Assembly: GCA_951406725.2 (NCBI GenBank)
Contig: OX597820.1
Location: 117,490,001 to 117,554,000 of the forward strand
Length of the DNA: 64,000 nt
Direction of reading: 5' to 3'
Source: Octopus vulgaris
Lineage: Eukaryota
Below, piece after piece: positions 26,800 through 39,898 of this stretch. The notes beneath the pieces are model-generated. The model was not told where the DNA came from and made no database searches. It was given only the letters and a program-made list of their open reading frames with translations. A program made the position numbers and the translations under genes. Position 1 is the stretch's first letter. Each line of letters starts with the position of its first letter.

Positions 26800-27629
26800 C
26801 GACGGGCCTCTTTCAGTGTCCGTCTACCAAATCCACTCACAAAGCTTTGGTCGACCCAAGGCTATAGTAGAAGACAATTGCCCAAGGTGCCATGCAGTGG
26901 GACTGAACCTGGAACCACATGGTTGGTAAGCAAGCTACTTACCACACAGCCACTCCTGCTCCTATGTGTGTACTTTCTTTAAAATGGTAGGGCAATCATA
27001 ATGAACCACCTGTTTTAATTACTTTAACTCGTTAGCGTTCAAACCAGCCACATCTGACCTGAATACTCGACCAATTTTATGTCCAAACTGGCCAGATCTG
27101 GCCTCTCACACTTATCCTACAATGTCATTCTAAAAATAGGCAAAAACATCACGAAAATCTCTTAACATGATTAATTCAAAACGATGTGAATAAATAAGGA
27201 CCACATTGGACAGATTAATAATCTGAATGTTAACGAGCTTAATGTTGTAATTACAGGGTCAATTAAATGTATTTTAATTTTAGGTAAATGTTTATAGATA
27301 AGTTTTTTTACAACATGATATCACAGAAATATTTCTGTCCTCATCTATCATGTTACTGCTGACACATGTAGCATTGGTTTGCCCTCTTTGCATATTATTT
27401 GGCTGCTATTTCTAGCAAGTTAAACTGCTACATAGAGATTTCCTTGTTGGTTGGTTTATGTTGTATGTTGTCGTGTGTAACTTCATTCTGTAAAAATGGA
27501 CAGCACTGGGAAGGGCAGTCTGCCATGGAAACCATGCCAAGGCAGACACTGGAGATTGGAGCAGTGCTCCAACTGGCCAGCGCCTGTCAAACCATCCGCC
27601 CCGTTACAGCATGGAAAAACAGATGTTAA

Positions 27630-27809
27630 ATGATGACGATGATGATGATAATGACGATGATGATGATGATGACAATGATGATGATGATGATGACAATGAT
27701 GACGACGATGATGATGATGATGACTATGACGATGATGACTATGATGATGATGATGATGATGACGATGATGATGATGATGATGATGATGATGACAATGACG
27801 ATGATGACT

Positions 27810-27840
<31 letters not shown>

Positions 27841-28088
27841 CAATGACGATGACGATGATGATGACAATGTTGATGATGATGATGGCAATGACGATGATGA
27901 TGATGATGATGATGACAATGATGATGATGATGACAATGACGATGATGATGATGACAATGATGACGACGATGATGATGATGATGACTATGGTGATGATGAT
28001 GACAATGACGATGATGACTATGATGATGATGATGATGATGATGATGACGATGATGATGATGATGATGATGACAATGACGATGATGACT

Positions 28089-28122
<34 letters not shown>

Positions 28123-28328
28123 CAATGACGATGACGATGATGATGACAATGTTGATGACGATGATGGCAATGACGATGATGATGATGATGACGATGATGA
28201 TGATCAAGATGACAATGACGATGATGATGATGACAATGATGATGATGATGATGATGACAATGACGATGATGATGACGATGATGATAATGATCACGACGAT
28301 GACGACAACGACGATGATGATGATGATG
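27630..28328. repeat. (GAT/GAC)n microsatellite following a LINE tail element
   Basis: Direct reading. Confidence 0.95.
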
Positions 28329-28751
28329 AGTCAAAAGAGAAGGAGCAGCTGCCAAAGATGTTTGCAGTGTCTCCAAGAATGGTGAGCGTATAGAGGAGAA
28401 AGCAAACCCATTTCATAAGGGCCTGGGAGCCTTCACTGAGGAAATGACAAGGGACCGGAAGTTGTGGTGCTTTGCTGTACTTGAGAAGACGTGTCAAGCT
28501 AAGCAAAACGACTGCTGTCCATACATACTGGTCTGTCCTTTACAGGAGCTGGTTCCACATAAAATGCCCTTGTGCCAGTGCTGCGTAAATGCACCTGTGC
28601 CTGTGGCACATGAAAAGCACCCAGTACACTCTGTAAAGTGGCTGTCCAACCATAGAAACCATACCACAACAGACAATTGGAGTGTGGCCAGCTCCCCAGC
28701 CGGCCAGCTCCTATCAGACCACCCAACCCATGTCAGCATAGAAAACAGACA

Positions 28752-29221
28752 TTAACTCTTTCCTTACTGTATTTTGAGATGCTCTCTGTTTCTTTCAATT
28801 AATTTTAAATATAACAAAGAATTTAGTAAAATAACTAAGTTATAATTAAAGCTAGTGTCATGAACATAAATTGTGACTAAGGTTTGGTGGAAGATTTTAA
28901 TTCAGAACTTATGAAAACAAGACATTTATACTACAAAGCCAGAGCTAGTTTCAGGCAGGTTGATGTCAAAAGGGTTAAGAATTGTTTCTCTATTATATTT
29001 TAACCCTTTTGTTACCATATTTCTGTTAAGATGCTCTCTGCTTCTTTCAATTACTTTAAATATAACAAAGAATTTAGTAAAATAACTTAGTTATCATTAA
29101 GCTAGTGTTAGGAACATAAATTGGGACTAAGGTTTGGTGAAAGATTTTAATTCAACACTTATGAAAATAAGACTACAAAGCCAGAGCTAGTTTCAGTCAG
29201 GTTGGTAATGAAAAGGTTTAA
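28752..29221. mobile_element. Two adjacent piggyBac-type MITE copies (TTAA-CCCTTT...AAAGGG-TTAA)
   Basis: 28752-28978 and 29000-29221 are diverged direct copies with TTAA ends. An inverted third copy lies at 49219-49446. Confidence 0.75.
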
Positions 29222-30899
29222 CAATGATGATGATGATGATGATGACTACAGTAGGAAGAAATGGATAAAGAAGAACCTGTCCTAATTGACCACATCTATG
29301 GGGTCGCAATGACCAGTAGGGTGATGTTAAACCAAGCTGCAGACTAATCAAGGTGTTGGGAAAGAAGATGGGGGGGCAGTTCAATTCATTAACTGAATTC
29401 GAACAAAAATTCCATGGTTAAAGAAGTTTCAATGTTTTAAGAAAATGGTAACGTACCAAAAATGGTAACGTACCAAAATAAATAAAGGAAAAGTCGAAGA
29501 TGTTATTTAGAAAATGAAAATCTCACTATAACAAAGGCCATTAATAAAGGAAATTAATTTTATTAATTGTGCTAATAATAAATAATAAAAAAAAAAGACA
29601 TCACTTGTTTTGTTCTAAATAAATCTTATGAAATGTAAATGCTATGGTTATGTTGTTGTTGTTGTTGTTTGGGAAATTTATATCACTTTCTGTAGAATTT
29701 GATAAAAAAAAAATAAAATGAAAATTAATCACTGTTAATTTATGATTTATGAAATGATAATAATGATGATGATGATGATGAGGATGATGGTGGTAACACT
29801 TGTGATTAATTATAGATGAAACAAGGAAATATTTTATTACATTTTACAATAATTCTGAAGAGAATGGACTGAGATTAATGTTTATTTACATTTTTGACTT
29901 ATTTTTTTTTTTCATTTCATAAAAATAATTAAAAATGAAATCAGAATTAGAAAAAAACAAAAACAAAAACTAATTGGTATTACACATTATGACAATTACT
30001 TTTATTATTAAGAAGTACAAGCCATGTACAGGATTGTGGTCAGTAAGGTAAGCTTTAGCCATGAGGACAAAGACCAATTTAGTGTACAGGTGGGTGTTCA
30101 CCAACGCTCAGTCCTTAGTCTTCTCGTATTCATCATTGTCCTCCAGGTGACAACAGAGGAATTTAAGACTGGAAGCCTATGCGTTGATGATCCTGCCCAC
30201 GTTGCAGAATTTGCAGCATCATCATCATCCAAGCGTGATCATTGCCAGAGCAGCCAACTTGCTTCCGTGCCAGTGGCACGCAAAAGGGCACCATTCAAGC
30301 GTGATCGTTACCAATGTCGCCTTACTGGCACCTGTGCCGGTGGCATGTGTAAAAGGATTCAAGCGAGGTCATTGCCAGTACCGCCTGACTGGCCCCCATA
30401 CCAGTGGCACGTAAAAAGCACCCACTACACCTTGGAGTGGTTGGCGTTAGGAAGCACTTCCAGCTGTAGAAACTTTATCAGATCAAGATTGGAGCCTGGT
30501 GCAGCCATCTGGTTTGCCAGCCCTCAGTCAAACCGTCCAACCCATGCCAGCATTGAAAACAGACGTTAAACGATCATAATCATCATCATCATTTAATGTC
30601 CTTTCTTATGCTGGCATGGGTTGGATGGTTTGACCAGAGCTAGCAAGCTGGAGAGCTGGACTAGGTTCCTGTCTAATTTTGGTTTCTATGGCTGGATGCA
30701 CTTCCTAACACCCACCACTTTACAGAGTGTCCTGGGTGCTTTTTACATGGCACGTATACAGGTGCTTTCTGCTTGGGCCTGGCATGAGTGCTGTTTTACA
30801 TGGTGCCAGCACAGGTAATTTTTATATGGCACCAGCACAGGTCCTTTTTACAAGGCAGTGGCATGAGGGCCCTTACAAGACTGGGAGGGGAGTATAAAC

Positions 30900-32365
30900 A
30901 ATTCTGCTGTGATGGAGAGGTCTTCTTGAGATCAGCAAGGCACCATATATCTTGGTCCTTTGTCATCTCTTTTGTAAAGCTCAGTGTCCTGAGATCAGTC
31001 GTCAGTACTTCATCCTGGGTTTTTCTCTTCCACAAAATCCATCCTCTTCAGTGATTGACACTTCTTTATATGCAGTCTTCTCTCTTGCACACTGCATCTA
31101 ATTCTTTCTATGCTTAACTTTTCTCTCAACACATTTAGTGCTCTGTCGACATATGCACACTTACATTGCACATCCAACAGAGCATTCTAGCTTCATTCCT
31201 CTCTATCCTTCACATGTCCTCTGCATTTCTCTCACTACCATGTAGTTTTGCTGTTCATATATATATACATCATACAATCTTCCTTTCACTCAAAGAGAGA
31301 AACCTTTAGGTGCCAACAGAGGTAAAAGCTCTTTGAATTTTACTCATCTTATTTTAGTGGCTACACTTTCAACAGTGAAGGCACATGGCTCAGTAGTTAG
31401 AGCATTAAGCTTATGATCATGAGGTTGTGAGTTCGAATCCTGCACCAGGCTACGTGTTGTGTTCTTGAGCAAGACACTTTATTTCATGTTGCTCCAGTTC
31501 ACTCAGCTGTAGAAATGAGTTGCAACGTTATAGGTGCCAAGCTGTATCAGCTTTGCCTTTCCCTTGAATAACACTGGTGGCCGGTATGCATCGGCGACTA
31601 CTGGACTTCCATAAAACAACCTTGCCTGGATTTGTGCCTGGGAGGGTAAATTTCTTGGTACAATCCCATAGTGAGTCATGACCGAAGGGGGTCTCAGCAT
31701 AACACTTTCCACACATCCTCCCCCATGGCAAATTAGGTCCCATGGATAGCAGAAATTATCCACCACCTCTAGAGCATTTGCAAGAATCATTTCCTAAGTA
31801 TCTGTAGCTTTTGTGACTCCTCTACATCCGCCACATACAAACACTCTCTGATAACCTTCCATTCCACTGCACATCTTGTGTGTTCATAACTTACACTGGA
31901 CATACTATATGGAATTCCTGTCTACGCCTTTCTTACATATCAAGCAGGGCCATTAACCTGAACTGGGTAAGGTCCTGTCTGCTTTCTTGCTTACTAAAAT
32001 CTTAGTCTTTGCTAAGCTAACCTTAAGACCCTTCAATTCCAGGTTTTGCTTCCACACCTGGAATTTCTTTTCTAGTTCTTTTACTGAATATGCTCTGAGA
32101 GGAAGAACATGAGCACATACATAGCTTCCCAGGGGCAGCTATCTTAAATTCCTCTGCTATAGCCTGGCGGACAATCATGAAAAGTCAGGGACTGAGAACT
32201 GAGCGCTGATGAATGCCTCCCTGTGCACCAAATTCCTCACATGGTCAAATCTCTGTCTCCCTACTGACACAGCCCCTGTACATGGCCTGTACAGCTTTCA
32301 CCAGCCACTCATCTACCCCTAGCTTCCTCAGAGCCCACCATATCGCACAGAAGGGTATCTATCAA
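30900..32365 (-). mobile_element. Degenerate RTE LINE RT fragment interrupted by a tRNA-SINE (31376-31700)
   Basis: Reverse strand shows WWALRKLGVDEWLV, KTKIL and WPCLICKKGV; TSD-like acactttc(a/c)aca flanks the SINE. Confidence 0.85.
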
Positions 32366-33120
32366 AAAGGCTAAGTGGGGGTACAAAAAAATTCTAGTTG
32401 TGGAAACAAAACCGTTTCCCCACCACCCAAATTTCATCCCCTAACACCCAAAAAGCACCGATGATTATGTCATGTGATGTATGTATATATGCATTTATGT
32501 ATATCTATGTACACCTCCATGAGTGTGTGTGTGTGTGTGTGTGAGCTTGTTTTTGTTTCCCCACCCCTCTGCTTCACAACCAGTGTTGGTTGGTTTGTTT
32601 ATATCCCCATAACTTAGTCATTCCACAAAAAACGCTGATAGAATAAGCACAAGGTTTTTAAAAAAAACCTATAAGTCTTGGAGTCGATTTGTTTGATTAA
32701 CCCCCTCCAAGCCATTGCTCCAGCATGACCACAGCCCAAATGACTGGAACAAGAAAAAGATAAAATATTTATAAAACAGGAGCAAAATGAAGGAAACCTT
32801 TCAGTTTCAGAATAATCCCACCATGACCACCACCACCAGAATTCTTGTTAAAATTTTGTTTTTCAAAAGCTTTTTGCAAATTTTTGAATGTTTTAAGCAG
32901 CAAATGTAATTACTTTAAACAAGTAATTAGAAATGTAGATAAAGAAATATCATGAAATGTTCCAGCAATTAGCAATTAGTTGATATAATGAGTTCGAAAT
33001 ATAATGAAATCAACAAAAGTATATTCAGATGTAATGAGTATCAAAGCACTCCACTTCTTTTAGAAGGTGCTGTTGTTGTTGTTGTTGTTGTTGTTGTAGT
33101 AGTAGTAGTAGTAGTAGTAC

Positions 33121-33183
<63 letters not shown>

Positions 33184-33309
33184 GAGTAGTAGCAGCAGCA
33201 GTAACAGCAGCAGTGATAGTTGTAGTAGAACAGCAGTAGTAGAAATATTATTATAATTATAATTATAATTATTATTATTATTATTATTATTATAATTATC
33301 AATATTATT

Positions 33310-34112
33310 GTTATTGAGTGAGAGAGCAGTGCATGCCATCAAAGTGTCACTGGGGTACAAGTATACAAAGCCCAATATATCCATCATGATAAGGTGTACC
33401 CTCATAAGGGGACACCAAGTACATGCATCACAACCATACATGTGCAACAGGTATCAGGATAAACAGCGCATGACCTTGCAGGTGAGGTCCAGTTAGAATT
33501 CTCTTCAGGTCAAGTAGCTCATCCTGCTCAAAAGGTCCCTGAATAAGGGTTGTTTAAGGATGTTGAATGAAACACCCATATTTCTAAAGGTGAATTATCC
33601 AAACTCCAAAGAATTCCTTTCAACACACGGCTGTGATGCTTCTCCACTACTTCTGCTTGTGATCAGAGATGCACATATCGTCAGCCACTAAGAGACATGG
33701 TCAATTAGTTAAGGTTAAACAACTGACAAGCAAATCTGTGGTATTGGCCAGAATAAGGTGGCGAGCTGGCAGAAACGTTAGCACGTCAGGCGAAATGCTT
33801 AGCGGTATTTCGTCTTCCGCTACGTTCTGAGTTCAAATTCCGCTGAGGTCGACTTTGCCTTTCATCCTTTTGGGGTCGATTAAATAAGTACCAGTTACGC
33901 ACTGGGGTCGATATAATCGACTTAATCCTTTTGTCCGTCCTTGTTTGTCCTCTCTGTGTTTAGCCCCTTGTGGGTAGTAAAGAAAAAGGTATTGAGCAGA
34001 ATATTTACTGTAGCCCATCTTTTATACCAAGACAAAACAATGTACATGATAACACTTCCAACCAGTTAAGATGAGAAGCCATGAGAGCCATTGCCTGGTA
34101 CTGCATCAGGGC

Positions 34113-34115
<3 letters not shown>
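33310..34115. mobile_element. Unclassified element flanked by (ATT)n, with a SINE inserted at 33757-33987
   Basis: Non-simple sequence between two (ATT)n tracts. The SINE has a ggtattg..cagaata TSD. Confidence 0.55.
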
Positions 34116-34176
<61 letters not shown>

Positions 34177-34179
34177 ATT

Positions 34180-34593
34180 GCCTTTGCGCAGCTTCTAATA
34201 CTGGAGATGTACTACGGTGGCAGCTGTTCACTACCAGTGAACTAACATAACACCTCTTATTTTTCAAGCACCTTACGGAGTATTCAAGCAGTTCCAAGCA
34301 GTGCTGCTTTCTGCAAGTGCTCCACCCTTATTGCAGCCCCTATTTGTTCCACGTACTTCTTGAGATTTTTGCTCACTGTTCCCAGGGCTCTGACAATTAT
34401 TGGTACTGCTACCACTTTTTTCATCGACCACAACTGTTTAACTTCCCAAGCTAACCTGTCATATCTCTCAACTTTTCTTTCTTCCTTATTGCATACCTTG
34501 TTGTCAGCTGGGCATGCTATATCTTATGATCCAGCATAGTTTGCTTTCTTTCTCAATTATGTCTGGCTTCCTATTCCCTATCTCATGGTCACA
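34180..34593 (-). mobile_element. RLE-type (R4/Dong-like) LINE 3' fragment, second copy
   Basis: Highly similar to 16710-17085 and flanked by (ATT)n on both sides. Confidence 0.88.
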
Positions 34594-34594
34594 C

Positions 34595-34652
<58 letters not shown>

Positions 34653-34941
34653 ATGAAGATGGCAGATAAATTGTCAGATAAATTTGTGTGTTTCTTTCCA
34701 ATGTTAACACTAAAAATATTTTTATTGTTGTGCTTTAAGGGGATTTTCTTTTAGTTGCCCTTTACTTCCTCTTGAATTGTTATTTATAGTTTTGAAATTT
34801 GGAGGAAAAAATGATGAAAATAATTGTTTGTGGGGAAAAATAAATGGAAATATATGAACAAATTTATCTGACAGCCCACTAGATCCCCACTAATCCTTTT
34901 ATGCTCGTGTAGTGTGTCAAGAGTAACCATGCATAGCATGA

Positions 34942-35168
34942 TTACCCTTTAGCATTCAAACTGGCCATATCCAGCCAGAATATTTAACCTGTTTTATATT
35001 GAAACTGACCAGATCTCACCTCTCACCTCAGCCCTACCATGTCATTCTAAAACTAAAAAATCACATCACTGAAATCTCTAAACTACAAGATAATGCAGGA
35101 TTAATTCAAACCATTTTAAATAAACAAATATCACATTTGACAGAATAATCTGAACACTAAAGGGTTAA
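34942..35168. mobile_element. piggyBac-type MITE (second family)
   Basis: ttaccctttag...ctaaagggttaa termini; related copies at ~27024-27242 and a partial copy at 25750-25862. Confidence 0.65.
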
Positions 35169-35194
35169 AGTCAGGGGTAAGCAACAGCAATTTT

Positions 35195-35490
35195 GATTGT
35201 CAACCAGGAGAATTCATCTACGAAGCAATTGCCCCAGCTCCCCTTCAGGGTTGGTGAAAGTGATGTGGTGGACAACGAAAAACCTGACTGATGACAGTCA
35301 AGGCTGATCTGGAACCCAGCCTAGGCCCCCATATCTACGGCATTCGCCGCTGGAATAAGGAGTGGTTGGAGATTACGCGGTCGTTAGCCTCAAATTGCCA
35401 GGTCTGGTCGGCGTTTGTGAGAGATGCAGCATTGAGGATGAATGAAGCTAGCTCAACCCACCCCAGGTGAATACTGTCTTAAGACAAGAA
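35195..35490 (+). mobile_element. RTE-like LINE 3' fragment (different family)
   Basis: Degenerate ...GGQRK...TVKADLE..LGPHIYGIRRWNKEW..., typical of the RTE C-terminus. Confidence 0.6.
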
Positions 35491-35604
35491 AAAAGAAGGG
35501 GTAAGCAAAATAAAATGGTTCAACCTGGAATTGAACCCGAATCACATTGTTCACTCACATCCAACTGACTCTCACTGATGAATGTTTGCACTGTAAAACA
35601 GGAT

Positions 35605-36099
35605 TCCACCTCTTAAAAATGGGTATTAAGAACTTACCTGGCGTGTTAATCCACTTCTTAAAAATGGATATTAAGAATTTACCTTGCGTATTAATCTACC
35701 TCTTAAAAATGGATATTAAGAATTTACCTTGCATATTAATCTACCTCTTAAAAATGGATATTAAGAATTTACCTTGCGTATTAATCTACCTCTTAAAAAT
35801 GGATATTAAGAATTTACCTTGCATATTAATCTACCTCTTAAAAATGGATATTAAGAATTTACCTGGCGTGTTAATCCACCTCTTAAAAATGGATATTAAG
35901 AATTTACCTGAAGTGTTAATACACTTCTTAAAAATGGATATTAAGAATGTACCTTGTGTGTTAATCCACCTCTTAAAAATGGATATTAAGAATTTACCTT
36001 GCGTGTTAATCCACCTCTTAAAAATGGATATTAAGAATTTACCTGGCATGTTAATCCACCTCTTAAAAATGGATATTAAGAACTTACCTGGCGTGTTAA
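35605..36099. repeat. 45-bp minisatellite, ~11 units, overlapping the IQCG exon/intron junction
   Basis: Unit aagaatttacctggcgtgttaatccacctcttaaaaatggatatt; donor motifs recur every 45 nt from 35631 to 36081. Confidence 0.97.
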
Positions 36100-36219
36100 G
36101 TCGACCAGTCTCTTCCAATCAGTATTTTTCAAGGTCTTCAGATCATCCAACTGTTTCTGTTTGTCTTCAACATCTTTCTCGTGCTTTTCCATCCAAAATT
36201 CTAATTTTTCATCCAGACG
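36088..36219 (-). CDS. IQCG: IQCG/DRC9 internal exon (coiled coil)
   Basis: aaacag|CGT CTG GAT...CGC CAG|gtaagt; 132 nt = RLDEKLEFWMEKHEKDVEDKQKQLDDLKTLKNTDWKRLVDLTRQ. LEFWMEK is characteristic of IQCG. Confidence 0.94.
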
Positions 36220-37241
36220 CTGTTTCATAATTTATACAAATACATAAATTAATATTGGTTTCACATTTTAGCACAAAGCCAGAAACTTCAGGGGAGGGGT
36301 TAAATTGATTACATCGACCCCAGTACACAACTAGTACTTATTTTATCAACCCCAAAAGGTTGAAAGGGCAAAGGTATAATTTGAACTCAGAACATGGATG
36401 AAATATCGCTAAGCATTTTGCCCAACATCATGCTAACGATTTTGTCAGCTTGCCACCTTAATATGTCAATTAATATTACCAAATATAAACATTATATTGC
36501 CTAAGTTTTTACAGGGTTTTGCAGGGGTGGGGTGAAATGAAATGTGTTTTTACAGGACTAAAATGTGCTTTGATGGACTAAATTTATTCTGTTGGACTAA
36601 ATGTATTTTGACAACTTTCAGAATTAAAATGAATAGAAAGTAGGTGAAAGAAGTCAAGGTTTTAGTTCCTCATAAATGTGTTTATTACTAAAGTGAGTTT
36701 ATTGGATATGAAAGTCCAAAAGGGAACAGCAACAACAAAGTGGAGGCGCAATGGCCCAGTGGTTAGGGCAGCGGACTCGTGGTCGGAGGATCGCGGTTTC
36801 GATTTCCAGACCGGGCGTTGTGTATGTTTATTGAGCAAAAACACCTAAAGCTCCACAAGGCTCCGGCAGGGGGTGGTGGTGACCCCTGTTGTACTCTTTC
36901 GCTCCAACTTTCTCACATTCTTTCTTCCTGTATCTTGTCCCCGACTTCCTACGCAACCGCTGAGCCTGGATGCACATTCATCCATCTGTCGATGCTCTTG
37001 GTGTTGAGGGTTGACCTGCTTTCTCTTCTGCGGGTCTTACGAATAGCAAAGGACCACGTTTCGGACTTCCCCCACTAAGGGACGAAGACTGCTACGCTCA
37101 ACAAACAAACAACAAAAAGAAAGAAAATTCTTTCATAAAGGGACAAAGTTGTTGACTGATTCTGGAATTACATTTGATGGAAGTCATTTGCATCCAACCA
37201 GTGGTGAGAATAGGAACAGAAAGGAGAGAGAAAGTGTAGAT

Positions 37242-37281
<40 letters not shown>

Positions 37282-37490
37282 GCAATGGCCCAGTGGTTAG
37301 GGCAGCGGACTTGCGGTCGGAGGATCGCGGTTTCGATTCCCAGACCGGGCGTTGTGTGTGTTTATTGAGCGAAAACACCTAAACGCTCCACGAGGCTCCG
37401 GCAGGGGATGGTGGTGATCCCTGCTGTACTCTTTCACCACTCTAAAGGCGGTGCTCCAGCATGGCCGCAGTCAAATGACTGAAACAAGTA

Positions 37491-37567
<77 letters not shown>

Positions 37568-37671
37568 AAAGTTAATTCAAACATGAAAACACAAAGGGAA
37601 AACACAACGACGCGAAGACGTGGAACAAGTATAGTATTATTGGACCCTCAGGAAAGAAGGAAAGAAGGAGG

Positions 37672-37706
37672 GTCTAACGTTTCGAACGGAGCTCTTCGTC
37701 AGAAAC
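37672..37706 (-). ncRNA. Minimal type I hammerhead ribozyme motif (Penelope-like)
   Basis: Minus strand GUUU-CUGACGA-A-GAGC-UCC-GUUC-GAAAC-GUU-AGAC: conserved core, stem I GUUU/AGAC, stem II GAGC/GUUC, palindromic AACGUU stem III. Confidence 0.7.
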
Positions 37707-39093
37707 ATAGGAAAAGGAAAGATCCAAAGAAGGGAAGACGGTGGAAAAAAAATCGCCGACGGTACACACACGGTCACATTTTGAATGACCGTATATAGAT
37801 ATATATACACACATATATTTTCATATATATATATATAGATATGCTGTGTGTGTGTGTGTGTATGTGAGTGTGTGTGTGTATGTGTGTGTGTGTGTGTGTG
37901 AGTGTGTGCGTGTCTTTGTGCCTGAGTATGTCCACCACCACTACTTGACAACCAGCCCTGTTGTGTTTACATCCCCATAACTTAGTGGTTCAGCAAAATA
38001 GATTGATAGAATAAATACCAGGCTTTAAAAAAAGAGAAAAAAAAAAGTACCAGAGTCGATTCATTCAGCTAAAAGAGTTCTTCAAGTCAGTGCTCCAGCA
38101 TGGCCACATGTCTAATGACTGAAACAAGTTAACAACAAAAGATAAAAGGCAAATAGATTTAGTTTCATTTCTTAAGGATTTCATCTCAAATGCTCTCCTG
38201 ATCAATTTTCTCTTTCATCTCCCTAATATTAATAAATTAAGTGCCATGTATTTATGTGGGATCAATTCAACTGACATTCTTTCTTCCCTGCAAATCTTTA
38301 CCCTTGAACCATGTATGCGAACCGTTTTACTTTTGTATTTTTTATTACGAAACGGAGGAAAAAAAATTACAGTAAAATTTTTATTAATGGAAGCATGATA
38401 GATTTTTCATTTCCTAGTTGGATACCACATTTTCTACTGTAGAAAAAAACGCAGAGCGTGTCTCTCCTCTTTTTACAATGGGCCTCTCAGTTCCAATTCT
38501 AATTAGCTATTGAACAAGAGGAACTTATCGACAAAGAATTTCAATGGCAATCAGTACGAAATAGTATTCTAAAAGAGACATAGCCTGGCTTCTTTTATTT
38601 TCTTTCAGCTTGTACTGTAATGACAAGACAGAATAAATAGTTCTAAGAGCAGAAAGGATAAAAAAAATATATATAATTCTTATTAATAAATTCTTTTTAT
38701 ACCATCTTTATGCTACAAGGTAGAAGAGATAGAAATAGGTAGGGTGGGGACAAAAAAAAGGTAAGTTGCTGTATTTAGCTTCATCTTTCTAAGTTTTGAG
38801 TTCCAATCACTGCAAGGTTGATGACATAACAATCAGACCAGACTGGAGCTGTTCCAGTCGATTCCGACCCCTCTATCACAAAATTAATTTTCATGAAAGA
38901 AGTCAAATTCTTATTATGAACATATATAGGCATAGGAGTGGCTGTGTGGTAAGTAGCTTGCTTACGAACCACATGGTTCCGGGTTCAGTCCCACTGCATG
39001 GCACCTTGGGCAAGTGTCTTCTACTATAGCTTCAGGATAACCAAATCCTTGTGAGTGGATTTGGTAGACAGAAACTGAAAGAAGCCTGTCGTA

Positions 39094-39146
<53 letters not shown>

Positions 39147-39600
39147 ATGTGTGTGTGTGTGTGTATGTTTGTCCCCTCCCCCAACATCGCTTGACAACCG
39201 ATGCTGGTGTGTTTACATCCCAGTAACTTAGCAGTTCAGCAAAACAGACCGATAGAATAAGTACTAGGCTTACAAAGAATTAGTCCTGGGGTCGATTTGT
39301 TCGACTAAAGGCGGTGCTCCAGCATGGCCGCAGTCAAATGACTAAAACAAGTAAAAGAGTAAAAGAGTATACAGACTCATCATCATCATCATCACCAAAC
39401 ATCATTTTTCCAGGCATCGATTGGATGGCATGGATGGACGGTCTCGTAGGAGCTGGCCAGGCTGGAGAGCTGCCCCAGGCTCCAGTTGTCTGCTCTGGCT
39501 TGGCTTCTACAGCTGGATGCCCTTCCTAATGCCAACCACTTTACAGAGTGTACTGGGCACTTTTGCTATGGCATCATAAATTTTATTTGTTTATAGATTA

Positions 39601-39898
39601 CTAGCAGTATCGCCCGGCGTTGCTCGGGTTTGTAAGGGAAGTAACTATATAAGCATTTTTAGAGAGTTACTTCCCTTATATAATAGCAAAAAAAGGCATT
39701 AAAAATGGGAAAAAATGATGGTAAATTTTTTTTAAATCGTAGACTCATCGTCGACGCGTGCTAATACCCAGAAGGGCTCAATATGGGTCACGACTATAAG
39801 ATACCCGCTTTTGGTTAAACTGCACCGCAAAATGTGGGAGTAGTTAGGAATCTAAATCGTAGGAGACAGACACACAACTACAGTTTTATATATAAAGA
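39601..39898 (-). mobile_element. Non-autonomous Helitron-like element (different internal sequence)
   Basis: Same termini as the 17723 element: TCTTTATATAT 5' end, cccgagcaacgccggg hairpin + CTAG 3' end. Confidence 0.72.

Noticed and set aside
35519-35590. Alternative IQCG terminal exon right after the minisatellite
   Set aside because: In phase it gives only CKHSSVRVSWM*, the resulting intron from the nearest donor would be very short, and the sequence resembles a decayed SINE head.
35547-36230. 227-aa plus-strand ORF with 15-aa LRR-like repeats
   Set aside because: It is the antisense reading of the 45-bp minisatellite and the IQCG exon.
36742-36815. tRNA gene-like sequences (also 7207, 37278, 44580, 57331, 59681)
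   Set aside because: They are heads of multi-copy SINEs followed by shared bodies, two with clear TSDs, and do not form a clean cloverleaf.
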